Source: Hypanus sabinus
Lineage: Eukaryota
Direction of reading: 5' to 3'
Assembly: GCF_030144855.1 (NCBI RefSeq)
Contig: NC_082706.1
Coordinates: 200,446,001 to 200,510,000 of the forward strand
DNA length: 64,000 bases
Made by a program: the position numbers and the translations under genes. Of the stretch, positions 12,630-25,419 are shown in pieces. Position 1 is the first letter of the stretch; every line of letters begins with the position of its first letter. Below the pieces are notes generated by a model. It had not been told where the DNA came from. It did no database searches and was given only the letters and a program-made list of their open reading frames with translations.

Positions 12630-13595
12630 AACTGGCTTATTAGTTAACCATGACAGCCACTTCTTTGGGACAATTCTTAAAGAACAAAAGCAAATCATGA
12701 AAATTGCTGAGATTCCCTTTGTTTATTTGGGATACTATGCCACTTCATTTGGGGAAGAGGACTTGCCAAACAGGTTTTAACTAGCCTCAATCGTACGCAG
12801 CTGTGTGTCTGTTCAATGCGACACCATGCATTTTAAATAGCATCAGTTACATGTACTCGAGTTCAAAAAGCAGTGATCTTTGTCACTGATAGTTGGCAAG
12901 AAATAAGCATTGATACTTGGAGATGTTAGAAACTGTCAGAAGTGAAAATGAAATAATTTCACTTCTTCAACAAGCCAGGAACTATGAAGAATTTGAAGGT
13001 ATTGGCAATCATCTTGAAAGTTGCCTTTGGTCCCCAATGGTCTCAGCTGTGGCTCCATGCAGCTGCTTGAATGTGACTGTACATTGCTTCGACAGGCGGG
13101 CTAAACTAGGTGAGTGTAGCCAACAGCTTTATAAGCCGGTGAGATAGGAACATGCCTGTCCTAGCAGGCAAAGTCAGCTCTAGTAGGCTAGGCTGGTATC
13201 ATCTATAGTGAAATCTAACAACCAGGTAAGTGGTTCTGTGATGTGTAGAGAGCGAAGAACATGACGAGGCACGAAGTAGTCATGGTCATCCACAGCAACC
13301 AGGGAAGGCCCCAGTCCTGATATCTACTCGTACCACCAGACCTGGACTTCTGAGAGGCTGAGTGCGCTCCATTTGAACAGCTTTCCCGCACAGGTTTCTT
13401 GTGATCATTGGATATGACAGACAGCCACCAGTAGTATTGGTAGTGCTTTGTATTCCACTTAAATGCATAATTTGTGACTCAGTTGAACAATAGTGTTTTT
13501 TTTGTTAGCATTTTAAATTATTTCCATGAAACTTCAGCTAATTGGGCCAAAATGTTCAAGTCACGATGTGTCCCAATGAACCAGAATTCACTGAA
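12630..13595 (+). mobile_element. Tigger/pogo non-autonomous element with TIGD-like coding remnant, interrupted at about 13020-13430 by an unclassified repeat
   Basis: SENEIISLLQQARNYEEFE remnant shared with the copy at 25.4-26.1 kb. Terminus gtgtcccaatgaaccagaattcactg shared with the copy ending at 36534. Confidence 0.65.
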
Positions 13596-13708
13596 TGGCA
13601 AGTTTCAAAGATCAATGTCAATAGGAACCCCACAAGTCAAACGGCTGCTGTCTGGTGTCTCAAGGCGTTCAAGTAAAATGATTAAACTATTGGATAGGGA
13701 TTTTCATA

Positions 13709-14464
13709 TGTAACGCACTGGTTAAGAGTTTACTGCTAATGCTGTCGAGTATTTCATTTAATAGATTTTTGTAGTAGTGTGTTCTGCTGATTGGGTTTCA
13801 GTTAGAAATAAAGGGTTGTGTTATTCATTTAGGAGTGTTACGTCAGTCAGTCAGTATGGTGGAATTGAGAGAAGGTTCTGGAGAAAGCCAGGAGGAGAGA
13901 TTTTTGTGATGGACACTGTGATGGGTTGAAGTCTTTTTGGCGGGAGCTGGGAAAAGACAAGAGGGAAGATGGCTGAGGATGCTGTCCTGGTTGCACAGGG
14001 TGCTTTGTGCAGATGAATGACTTCAAGGAGGAAGGGCCAATATTCCAGTGAAGGAGTCTGTTTGTTCGAGATGGATTTCTGTAACATTTGGAAGACAGTG
14101 TGTGCTTTCCCACAGACCGTGGGACCAGCTCGCGAGTTACAGACAACTTCAACATGAGCTCCAACTTTATATGCGCGTGGGGACTGGGTTAACTGTAATG
14201 GGCCCTTTCATTTTTTTCCCTTTTCTTTTTCCTACTAATTGTTTGATAAAGCTAAAATTCGTAAGTATGCATTTTTCATATTTGTCTGCAGCGTACAATC
14301 TGTTATTTCTTGGCAATGGCTAATTGCATGGGGGGGGGGGCAGTATTTACACAGATCACGGTTCGGATGGTTGAAACATCCCAACTTCCCGACCCTAGAT
14401 GCAGAGTTAAAGAAAAGTGGTTTTCTCACTGCTGAGTCCAGTTGCTGTTAGCGAGGTGCTAACA
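13709..14464. mobile_element. Possible solo LTR
   Basis: TG...CA ends with short imperfect inverted termini (tgtaacgcac / gtgctaaca), about 750 bp, no coding remnant. No TSD found. Confidence 0.4.
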
Positions 14465-16306
14465 AACTGTTTTCCAAGATGCCCAGTAAAAAGAAGTTTC
14501 ACATATCATTGTTGTTCATTAATTATATTAACAAAGGTGAACAGGAGGTTCTTGCAATGTCCAGACAGGATACAATAGAAACATGTTGAAGACTAGTTCC
14601 TATTGCAGGTGACCCTCATCTTACAGCCATTTCAGGTAATGGAAGTTCACAAATCACTACCCCAAATTTAACATGTACAGAATAAAATTCACTTTTATGG
14701 AATTTATGCAGAAAAACCTCCTTGATGTATATGCAGAGGAGTTGGTTTCAGGTTACTGAAAATCATGATATGGACCGTTTTCTAGGAACACGAGCCACCC
14801 CAACCCCCCACCTCAATCCTTATAATATGGAATTAGAAATGGACATCTTTCTGTGTATTCAGGAATGTTTGTTGACGTGAGAAAAGCTTTGTTAATCAAG
14901 CCATGGTCTCTAAATAGTCAATTGCATCATAGCAAACATTTGCAAATTGAGTAGCTGTGTAACCATGTGGCAAAAATTATGACCTTAGACGTCACACAGA
15001 ACCAGTCACCCCGGACTCAAATCCCCAGCTAAGCTGAATTTGCATTTTTATAGCTATAGGAACAAATGGGGCTGCAAAAGATTGAATAGTGGAAGGCAAG
15101 AGAAATGACAAATCTGCTTCTTACAGCTGATTGTGATTCTCCTACACTGGGTGAAAAATTTGGATGATGGTTCAGAATGGTTATTTTCAGAAAGCTGACT
15201 AGGCTTTTCATTCAACAAAATTAGCACTGGGAACTTTGGTTGATCCATTACATTCATTTATTCCCATTGTCTCCCCCACTCACCACAACTTCCAAAGCCC
15301 TATCCACTTCTGCCATCCACACCCTCCTGTACATAGATCCAATGCTCACTATGATGGGGAGAAAGCTTTAAATATTGTAACATCTTGAAGAATTTTAATG
15401 AGGTGCTCAAGTTATAACAGAATTATTGCTGTAAATGCTAGCTAGTCCATCTTATCACATGCAATGAATTAAACTTCCCGTATCTAGGCTATATAGTAAG
15501 TACATGTTTTCCTGCTGGGGAATACAAAGCACATCTTCAAAATTTTAATTCTTTATAGATTGATTCTAGCTTTTAAGAACGGAGACTTTACGGTGAATCT
15601 CAAGATAAGGGTAGACTTGTCACATGGCCTCACTAATCAATTCATCATTGATAGCAGCTGTGCAATCTACGCATTGAAATTATAAGTTGGGCATACTTCC
15701 AAATGGATGATCATATTGGTCTGATTACCCCACCAATTTAGCAGTAGAAAACAGTAATAAATAATTTAACAATATTAAAAGTATTTCATAAAATTGGTAA
15801 CTTCAATCTTTATAAAATGTAATTCTCATCAACCCAAACTTTGTGAAGTTACTCAACTAAAATGAATGGAAGTGAGAAGCTGCTGATTGTTTACAAGGCC
15901 ACAGTGTGAATGACATCTAAATAAATATGCTAATATACATGCACACAAATTAAAATATTCAGTACTCGCTTCCATTCATGAAGCTTGATGAACACAAGTA
16001 GTATGGCATGCTGCAGACAACTTAATTGGCTATAGGCCCCCTGAGAACTAAACCCATTTATACTGTCACTGCATTTACATGTACAGAATAATTTTGTGGC
16101 ATTGGATAAGGTTTCCATATACAATTAAATATGCTCCTTGTAGACTTAAAATTTTACAGTAGACATAATCACAAGTAGAAATTAATCTGATGAATGATCT
16201 CTAAATGGGTTTAAAAACTTCAATCTATAGTTGTTGATTCAGAAGGTTCAAAACATTTTTATAAAGTATGAATGAATTAAAGGTTAAATTGCAAAGTCAT
16301 ACTCAC

Positions 16307-16426
16307 TTCTAATGTAGTCAATACTATCCTCTCAACTGAAGAAAAATAAGCGTCCCATAAAAACTGTGTTTGTTGCCTAAGTGCTAAGATTTTGTTCTGA
16401 TTAATAGATCTTACAGTAGACGGTAT
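16307..16426 (-). CDS. EXT1: EXT1-family exon 4
   Basis: cttacag|ATA...GAA|gtgagt. 120 bp, [40 protein letters not shown]. Confidence 0.96.
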
Positions 16427-17079
16427 CTGTAAGACAAGGAAATGCATGATCAGTAATTGTACAAAATGTAAACTTCATTAAGTTTACTAATTGATCAATA
16501 CTTTACCTTCCCAGAGGAAAACTAACAATTTATTGCTTCAGTTTGGTAATAAATTTGCAAGACACTTGTGTAACAGTACATGTGAATCAGACCAACAAAT
16601 AATAAAACAGATTTCAGGTTAACAGTGCCATCTCTGCACATCCTTCCTTTCCCCAGTGGAGAAAGCGTAAATCAAACCATTGTTTTAAAAAGATATAAAA
16701 TGACAATTTCCACTGATTGATCATTCTGAGTCATTGCATTTAAAAAAAATCATAAACATGAAGCTTCAAATATATTTTTATAAGTTACTTCGTTTTACTA
16801 ACATTAACAGCACTTCCTTGAATAGTTTATGTTTCATTCTAGGACAGAAAGGCAATGTGCTTCCGTTTAGAGCCTTAAATCAACCAAGATGAACAAAATA
16901 ACAGGAGCAAGCTCATCATTACTCCAGAGACTGAGGATAAAAATCAAAGAATGACAACAGCAGTTGGCATGTAGGGGGATACATCACATACTTCTGTGCC
17001 CTGGTGGTTGGATTTTGACTTTTTATTCCCAAATAGGGCTTTGCAAATATGCTAGATGCAAATCCAATGCCATGTGGTA

Positions 17080-17290
17080 AATCAAAATTAATTTAAGTAA
17101 TGAATGCAAAATTAGAAATAAAAAAGTAGTGAGGTAGAGTTCATGGGCTCATTGTCCATTCAGAAATCGGATGGCAGAGAAGCTGTTCCTGAATCATTGA
17201 ATGTGTAACTTTAAGCTCCTGTACCTTCTTCCTGATGGTAGCAATGAGAACAGGGAATGTCCTGGGTGATGGGAGTCTTTAATGATGGAT
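17080..17290 (-). mobile_element. Rex1/Babar LINE 3' fragment
   Basis: gatggcagagaagctgttcctgaatc is the reverse complement of the Rex-type 3' region seen at 32.7 kb. Confidence 0.65.
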
Positions 17291-18095
17291 TCCTTAAGCG
17301 AAGATGAGCAGATAAATTGTGGAGCAGCCACTAAAGCCAACCCATATTTGGCCTGAATAGTGCTGGTTATTTAGGTGAGTGCAAATAAGTTCTTGCATTG
17401 GTTGGAACAGAAAAAGGAATGAGAGTTCTAGGGATTTCAGTAATTAGAAGTATGGTGGTTGGAATACAGGTATTACTGTGGCCATTACATAAAGGACAGG
17501 GTAGAATGCTGCTTACGGTTGTTAATGAATGGGCAGCGAAATTCTGGGGTGGATTACAGATAGCCAGTGACATAGGCTGTCAGGTAAGCAATGTCTAGAT
17601 TACAGGGAGCTAAGAATAAGATTGAAAAGCCCCAAACCCCTTAAGAATATTGCTGAGGGCAACCTGCATCAACTAGTGAGGCCATGTGACGAGCTAGGGC
17701 CTCAGTCAACATGATTAGGTTACATGCAGGTCAGAACAAGCTCTGCATATTAAATGCTGAGACAGACCCACTAACCCAGCCCTCCACATTACCATTTCTA
17801 ATTTCCTGTCAATCACGTTATGTACAGACACTTCTGTGCCTAGCTTCACTCAATCTATCTATGTATTTAAATTATTGTATTTTTAAAATGTTGTTCTTTA
17901 TCTTATTAGGTTTTTAGTGCTAATTCAAAACCAGAGAAACAATAATTTTGTTCTCTTTTACACTTGTATACTGGAAATTACATTAAGCAAACTTCATTAT
18001 TAGACATTAATCTTGTGGAGGTAAAGCCATGTACCTTTTGTTTTAAAAAAAACACTTCAGTGTCAAGAATAATGCAAAGCATTCTTAAGGTTATT

Positions 18096-18412
18096 TTTTA
18101 GATTAGCTTTTTTGTCAGATGTACATCAAAAGATACAGTGAGATGTATTGTTTATGTCAAATCAGATCAGCGAGGTTTGTGCTGGGCAATCCACGTATGC
18201 TACCACACTTTCAGCACCAACATAATATGCCACAAACTCACTAACCCTAAATATACATCTTTGGAACGTTGGGGAAACTGAAGCACTTGGAGAAAACTCT
18301 TGCGGTCACAGGGAGAATGTACAAACTCTTTACTGGCAGTGGTAGGAATTAGATCTAATTGCTGATTGCTGCACTGCAATAGCATTATGCTTAATTCCTA
18401 TGCCACCATGCC
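18096..18412 (-). mobile_element. V-domain SINE
   Basis: Reverse complement of V-domain (gtcacagggagaatgtacaaactc) and tRNA head. Confidence 0.75.
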
Positions 18413-18544
18413 ATCCTCAAAGTGACTAAAATTTAAACGTTTAAGACAATTTAAAGAAATTAAAAGATTTATATAGTTATCAAAAACTTCAATGAATTCA
18501 GTGTACCTGATAAAAGTCATAACAGCCAGAAACTACCTCAGGGC

Positions 18545-19105
18545 AGAAACGTCCGATACCAGGGGGCATAATTTTAAAGTGACTGGAAGAAAGCAAGGGG
18601 GGTGGTGAAAATGTCAGAGGTAGTGAGTGAGGGAATGCCCTGTTGTTGGTGTTAGTAGAGGCAGAAAAAATAGGGGGATGTAAGAAATTCTTAGATAGAA
18701 GACAGAAAAATAAGAGGAAAAGACCATAACATATAGGAGCAGAATGAGGCCTTTCGACCCATCAACTCTTTTCCACTATTTTGTCATGGTGGATCAATTT
18801 CCCTCTCAACACCAATCTCCTGCCTTCTCCCTGTATCCCTTAATGCTGTGACTAATCAAGAATCTACCAATCTCTGCCCTAAATGTACCCAAAGACTTGG
18901 CCTCCACAGCCACCCGTAGCAATGAATTCCACAGATTCACCACTCTCCGGCTAAAGAAATTCCTCCTCATTCCATTCCGAATGGATGTTCCTCTGTTCTG
19001 AACAAATCTCTAACGGGGAGCTATGTAGGGAGGAAGGAATAGATTGATCTTAGAATAGTTTAAAATGTCAGGCTGAAGGGCCTGTTCTGTTGTGGTATTC
19101 TATGA
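18545..19105. mobile_element. Plus-strand CR1 3' end interrupted by a minus-strand CR1 3' end (about 18720-19000)
   Basis: accagggggcataattttaaagtg... resumes at gagctatgtagggaggaagg...gggcctgttctgttgtgg after an inverted CR1 tail. Confidence 0.7.
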
Positions 19106-20089
19106 TCCATTTTGGTTTTCCTAAAAAACTTGGAACACTATTTAAAAATATGATTGCAAATGCAATTAAACAAAACCTGCAAATCACCTTGTAGCTGAAA
19201 GAAATGAATGTTAATACAGTCAGGTGATTGATCAGAGGGAGGATCCTTCCAAAAATATTTGGGAATTCCAGCAAACTGCTGCTCAATCATCGGATTAGGA
19301 GTCTGGAAACAGCCAGTGGAACTCAGCCAGCAACTCTGAGCTTCCCGCATTTCAGTTAGGTACCAGGATCTCTGGCAAGCTTGGCAGCAAAATAGAGGCT
19401 ATTGTGTATCAATCTAGTTGCTGTGACTAACAATTATCTGGAAAGTGAAGTTGTTAAATGTTTTAATCACTGTTTTTATGAAAAAGCATTTAATACATCT
19501 CAGAAGCCTATAATTGGCCTCCTGCTGTATGCCAGTGTGTGGCTTAAATTGCAGTTCAACTGAAAACAGGAAATGAAAATAAAATTAAAAAATCACAGCT
19601 GGAAAATTCATTGCAAGTACAACAATGTGGTATGAAAATAATCTCTATGCCACTTGCACAGAATATCATTATTAGAAAATAATAGACTGGGAAATTTAAT
19701 TTTCCTAATGATTACTGTGCATTATAAATTCTAGTGTCAGTCATCACACTAACAGCCCTGAGAATAAATGAATATCAACATATATACAAGAATGACCATT
19801 ATATTCCTAAGTAATTTTAGAAAAACATGGTTTAAGTTTAAATCATATTAAAACTTAAATATTTAATGCAACTTTATAACAGTTTTCTGAACTGTAATCT
19901 TGATTCAATATTAACCATGTAACCAAAAATGTCAGATTCAAGTGATGCAAGTGCAGTGGGATAATTGTTTTCCTAACATAGCAGGAACTGTCGACGTCAT
20001 TAATGGAGGCCCCTGCTTTCAGCAACACAAATACACATACCAAAGGAATTGGTAATGCCTTTCTACAGACTCAAAGCAATGCATCATGT

Positions 20090-21260
20090 GGAAACATAAA
20101 CATAAAAGATTCTGCAAATGCCAGAAATTCAGAGCCACACAGACAAAATGCTAGAAGAATTCAGCAAATCAGGCAACACTTATGGAAAGGAATAAAGAGT
20201 CGACATTTTGGGCTGAGACCCTTCTTCAGGACCGGAAAGGAAGGGGCAAGATGCCAGAATAAAAAGATGGAGGGAGGAGGAGGAGGACTAGTTAGAAAGT
20301 GAAGCCGGGTGGGTGGGAAAGGCAAAGGGCTGGAGAAAAAGGAATTTGATAGGAGAGGACAGTGGATCATGGGAGAAAAGGAATAAGGGGCACCAGAAGA
20401 CAGTGACATGCAGATGAGTAGAGGTACGAGACCAGAGTGGGGAATAGAAGAGGAAAAAGAAAAAAAATACTGGAAGAAGAAATTGAATGTTCACACCATC
20501 GGGTTGGGAGCCACCTGGATAGAAAATGGGGGTTTTGCTCCTCCACCCGAGAGTGGCCTCATCTTGTCAGAAGAGGAGACCATGGGAAAGGAGATAGGGA
20601 TTAAAATGATTGGCCACTAGGAAGTTCTGCTTTTGGCAGTCGGAACAGAAGTGTTCGATGAAGTGGTTCCCCAGTTTACAATGGGTCTCACCAACGTAGG
20701 AGGCCGCATTGGGAGCTCCGGATACAATTGATGGTTCCAACAGATTCACAGAGGAAGGACACTTTGGGGCTCTGAATGGAAATGAGGGAGGAGGTTAATA
20801 GACAGATTTAGCATTTCTATCACTTGCAGAGCTATGTGCCAGGTGGGAGACAGGGGGGGGGGGGGGTGGGTGGGGGAGGGTGGTTGGTGGTTGGATCCTT
20901 TTGAAGATGGCAGATATTGTGGAGAATGATGTGTTGTATAGAGGCTCATTGGGCTGTAGATAAGGACAAGTGGTACTCTATCCCTGTGAAGATGGCAGGA
21001 TGGGGTGAGTGTGGATGTATGTGTAATGGAGGAGATGTGAATGAGGGCAGCATTAATGGTGGAGGAAGGGAAACCCTGTTCTTTGAAGGATATCTCCGAT
21101 GTCCTGGAAAGGAAAGCCTCATCCTGGGAACAGATGTGGCAGAAACAAAGGAACTGAATAAAGCAAATAGCCTTTTTTTATATACAGGAGACAGGGTGGA
21201 AACAGGTGGTAAGATAGTCTTGGGAATCAGTAGGTTTATAAAAGACGTCAGTAGATAGAG
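20090..21260 (-). mobile_element. Penelope-like element: decayed GIY-YIG endonuclease region plus 3' region with hammerhead motif
   Basis: ORF 20567..20749 YVGET.CKLGNHFIEHFCS...VANHFN matches the PLE GIY-YIG signature YIGET.R.L..RF.EH...VA.HFN. A pyrimidine-rich 3' UTR and the hammerhead motif follow. Confidence 0.85.
20197..20234 (-). ncRNA. Minimal type I hammerhead ribozyme relic (G12 mutated)
   Basis: Minus: cGGUC-CUGAAGA-A-GGGU CUCA GCCC-aAAA-uGUC-GACUc. Stems I and II pair, but GAAA has become AAAA. Confidence 0.7.
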
Positions 21261-21944
21261 AAAGAGGAGAAAGAGATGTCATTCTCTTTTCTGAATTTTC
21301 AATCTAAATTCATGCAGCTTCTAAACAGAGTTAAATAAAGATTTAGTTTTACTATAAATATCAAGAGAAGCAGACGCAATAGGCCAGACGGCTTGTTTCA
21401 TATGGTAACATCCTATTTAAACCTGCCTTTAAAAAAATTCTAATTTGATAGGTAAAAATTACAATAACCAATCTTTAAGTTGATTAAATATTAAAACATT
21501 AATATTTCTCCAGCCTATAGAAGCTACTTGAAAAACCTTAGCTTGTCATATTCTGTAGTATTATCTTTATTCATCCAAGCACCTGATTTTATTTGCTGCA
21601 TTTATTAATTCCAAGGTGCACTTGACAACATTGTAACTCAAGAGTGGTATCTATTCCTGACTTTACAACTATGAGATTTCTGTTACTACTTGCACCTCTT
21701 TATTCTTGACCTATCTCCCTACAACATCACTGGCCTGTTTCTATCTACCATACGTCTTAATTTAAAATGCTCATTAAATAATCTATACCAGTTTCAAAAT
21801 CTGAAGCGCCTTCTCCATATTTATTGATTCTAGACAGAATCCTAGTCCAATATATTTTCTCCATCATCACACCTCCAATACAGAGTGCAGAACAAGATTG
21901 CAAGCAATACACTTGTTAAGTCTTGTTGGAGATAACAGAACGCT

Positions 21945-22016
21945 CTATACCTTTTTTATGCCATGGACCCTTACCATTAACTGACGGGTCCGTGAACCCC
22001 AGGTTAGGAACCTCTG
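21945..22016. mobile_element. Short hAT-type MITE (a second copy, inverted, at about 33360-33420)
   Basis: ctttttatgccatggaccc...gggtccgtgaaccccaggttaggaacctctg, with a CAGGGGTTCCCAACC-type terminus. Confidence 0.6.
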
Positions 22017-22323
22017 ATCAACAGCAACCAATTACAGGTAATGGAAATAAAAAAAACTCAAATTAAAAAGATAAAATTGCAGAGATTCAGGAACCCTAAA
22101 ATAAAAATCAGGAAATACTAGTAGGTTGTATATGTGGGAAGAGAAAAAGTTAACATGTCAAGTAAATTTTTGTACTTATTATTTAAAATAAAAACCAGTT
22201 GTTTTTCTACCAATAATTTACAACTTCTGTCTTGCAGTCCATCCTCACAGACTGAATTTTTTCAAAATAGCTTAAGTTTTTTTTAAACAAGGGGTTACAA
22301 CACCCCACTTCCCCCCAACATAC

Positions 22324-22431
22324 CTGCAGTAGCAACCTTTCATCTCCAATGACAATAGCTTGGTTCCAGTCGATGACTTCTGAAAATGGCAATTCCCAGC
22401 CATTACTTAACATAACTGGAATACATGCAGC
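22324..22431 (-). CDS. EXT1: EXT1-family exon 3
   Basis: tttgcag|GCT...CAG|gtatgt. 108 bp, [36 protein letters not shown] (inside ORF 22207..22437). Confidence 0.96.
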
Positions 22432-23416
22432 CTGCAAAGGAAATACGGAAACTAACTGAAAATGTACAAAAGCATTTTGAAAATAAATATTGCTAAAAAG
22501 ATATGAAATTAAAAATATCCTTTATTAATTGTGACTCAATCTAGAGCTGTAGTATTTATTTAATAGAAGATTTTCACAATTGTCATTTCTCTTCCAGTTT
22601 GGAACTTAAGCTTCCTTTTCCACATTTCCCAGAAGAGAGATTTATATTCAGTGACTGGGAAAAAAATATCACAACATGAAGCATCTCAAAATTCTTAGGA
22701 TCTAAGCACCACTGGCATTTATAGCCCATTATTAGGTTTGCTAGGTTAAAAAGTTAAACAGTTCATAAACAGGGCATTCTACCCTCTGAGAAGGATCAAC
22801 GATCAAGCATCCATTTACTAATCTCATTTAATTCTCCTGACGTTCCCATGAACTCTCCTCAAAATGGAGCAACTTAAGTCCCTTAAACTCCAATTGCTGA
22901 GGCTCTTGTTTGGCACACTGCACAACAGTTAAGTGTTAATAAAGATGCAATGGGAGTCGAGTTTCATGTGCCCAGATTTCTGGATGGTTAATGTAGCCAC
23001 TGAACAATCTAGAAACAAACACATCACTGTGATACTCCGACAGCTGATTACTTTATCCAGCTAGCAATAACAGCATTTACCTGAGAAACAATTTCTTCTA
23101 AGTCATTGTCACTAAATTTGTTCCACTATACTTTTATCAGTTTCTATCCATTTATACAATCTAAATTTGTTAGAATCTAATAAGTTCTCAAACACCAATC
23201 CCAAGCAAGAACATCTGCCTGTTACATGTATCAATGACTCATTTTAAGTCCTACATCTTCCGTGTACAAGCATTAAAATTGTTCCGTTCTTTCAGAATTT
23301 TACACACTTCCAAAAGAGACAATACACAATGATTCCACATCTTTATGTGCATATATATTTAGCCCCAGCAAATAACACCCACCTTTTTATTCTGGCAACT
23401 CCCCTCCTTTGCTTTC

Positions 23417-23454
23417 CAGTGCTGAAGAAAGGTCTCCACCCGAAAAGTCAACTG
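23417..23454 (+). ncRNA. Minimal type I hammerhead ribozyme motif in a PLE-derived fragment (about 23380-23515)
   Basis: CAGUg-CUGAAGA-A-aGGU CUCC ACCc-GAAA-aGUC-aACUG. Core CUGANGA, GAAA and UH are present, with mismatches at the base of stems I and II. Confidence 0.65.
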
Positions 23455-23969
23455 TTTATTCATTTCCATAGATGCTGCCTGACCTGCTGAGTTCCTTCAG
23501 CATTTTGTGTGTTGTAACCCTATTATGAACCTTTATTGCACCTTAAAACTAAATTATTCTTTGTGAAGCCTGCACTGTATTTTTATTCATGCTACGGACT
23601 GTCTTTGGAATGATTTCATGTCAATTATCTGGGTCCTCTGGTTTCCTCCTGAAGTCCATGGACATACCGGCTCGGTTAAAGGGTCATTGTAAATTGTCCT
23701 GTGATTAAGACAGGGTTAAACTGAGGTTGTTGGGGGTTTCTGGGGTGGTATGGCTTGAAGAGGTAGAATGGCCTAATTCACGCTGTATTGTTAAATAAAT
23801 CTTCCATCAGAAAGGGTTCAATGAATAGGCTGCTGAGAACCAAGTGCACAATTCAGATATATCTACATTATAAAACACAATTGTACCAAATTGATGTTTA
23901 TAATGTACACAAATAGCTACAAACTTTTAATTTTACTTTAAAAAAAAGCACAGCACAACATCATTTTAC

Positions 23970-24063
23970 CTGCAAAGCCTCCAGGAATCGGAAAGACCCT
24001 AGTCTACGACCCCTTGGAACCAAACAGAAGGTGGAATTGTGCAATATCTCACGATAATCATAC
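23970..24063 (-). CDS. EXT1: Exostosin-1 family glycosyltransferase, exon equivalent to human EXT1 exon 2 (GT47 domain)
   Basis: Minus strand: ttcctag|G TAT GAT...TTG CAG|gtaaaa. 94 bp, translates (x)[31 protein letters not shown]. Length, phase and sequence match EXT1 exon 2. Confidence 0.96.
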
Positions 24064-24194
24064 CTAGGAAAGAATAATTTAAAAGTTTATAAAACTTATC
24101 CAGATGACTTCAAATCAAAGAAGTTGAAACATTTTTAAAATTCTTATTGAATGTTGCATACCAGTCTTTTACTGCCCATTACAGGAAAGTTACT

Positions 24195-25238
24195 ATCATG
24201 GCTAGAGCATTGGTTGATTGGTAGGAGGCAGCTTGTGGGAATAAAAGGATCTTTTGCTGGTTGGCTGCCAGTGACTAGTGGTGTTCTGCCGGAATTGGTG
24301 TTGGCTTCTTTTTATGCTGTATATCAGTGATTTAAGTGGTGCAATAGATGGCTTCCTTGTCAGGTTTTCAGGTGATACAAAGATTGGTGGAGGGTTCTGG
24401 TAGCATTGAGGAAACAGGTACGCTGCAGAAGGATTTAGATTAGGAGAATGGGCAAGAAAGTGTCAAATGAAATACAATGTTGGAAAATGCACGGTCATGC
24501 AGTTTGGTAAGAGAAATAAATGTGCAGGCTATTTTCTAAACAGGGAGAAAATCCAAAAATCTGAGACACGGAGGGACAGAGCAGGTCAACTTGCAGGAAG
24601 TGTCAGTGGTGAGGAAGGTCAGCATTCATTTCAAGAGGTCTAGGATACAAGAGCAGGGATGTGATGCTGAGGCTTTACAAGTCACTGGTGAGACCTCATG
24701 TTGAGTATTATGAACAGTTTTGGGTTCTTCATCCAAGAAAAGATGCGCTGGGATTGGAGAGGGTTCAGAGGAAGTTCACAAGGATCATTCCGGAAATGAG
24801 TGGGTTATTATACGAGGAATGTTTGATAGCTCAGGGTCTGTACTTGCTGGATTTTAGAAGGGTGAGGAAGGATCTCACTGAAATATTTCAAATGGTGAAA
24901 GGCCTAGACAGAGTAGATGTAGAAAGGATGCTTCCCATGGTGGGGGAGTCTAGGACAAGATGGTACAGCCTCAGGATAGAAGGACGTTCATTTAAAACAG
25001 TGACGTAGCAAAATTTCTTTAGCCAGAGGGTGGTGAATTTGTGGAATTTTTTTTTACCACAGGCAGCTGTGGAGACCTGGTCATTAAGCAGAGCTTGATA
25101 GGCTCTTGTTTGGACATGGCATCAAAGGTTATAGGGAGTGGGGCTGATGAGGGGAAGAAAGGACCAGCCATGATTGAAAGGTGGAGCAGGCTTGATAGGC
25201 CAAACTGCCTAATTCTGCTCCTATGAATCATGGTCTTA
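24195..25238 (+). mobile_element. 5'-truncated decayed CR1 LINE
   Basis: ORF 24661..25008 MLRLYKSLVRPHVEY..QFW...LERVQRKFTR, followed by a CR1 tail. Confidence 0.88.
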
Positions 25239-25419
25239 TTCCTAGCTCCCCAAATAACTTGATAGGCGAGTAGTTATTCTCGTCCAAAAATGACTAATTA
25301 TCTGCAAACAAGGCAAGTATGATATTTTCTCCCTTAGAAGAACATTATGAAGCCAGAATTGGTGTCTTTTTCTATATTTTGTTTAAAATCAAGGATGAGT
25401 TGATAGGAATATAGTAGAC

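Noticed and set aside
20853-20895. G-run / G-quadruplex candidate
   Set aside because: It is a homopolymer expansion within the decayed PLE, with no sign of function. Run length may also be an assembly artefact.
24058-24065. AG|GTATGA at the start of exon 2 as a recursive splice site after the giant intron
   Set aside because: The sequence is dictated by the conserved (K/R)-Y-D codons. There is no independent evidence without junction reads.
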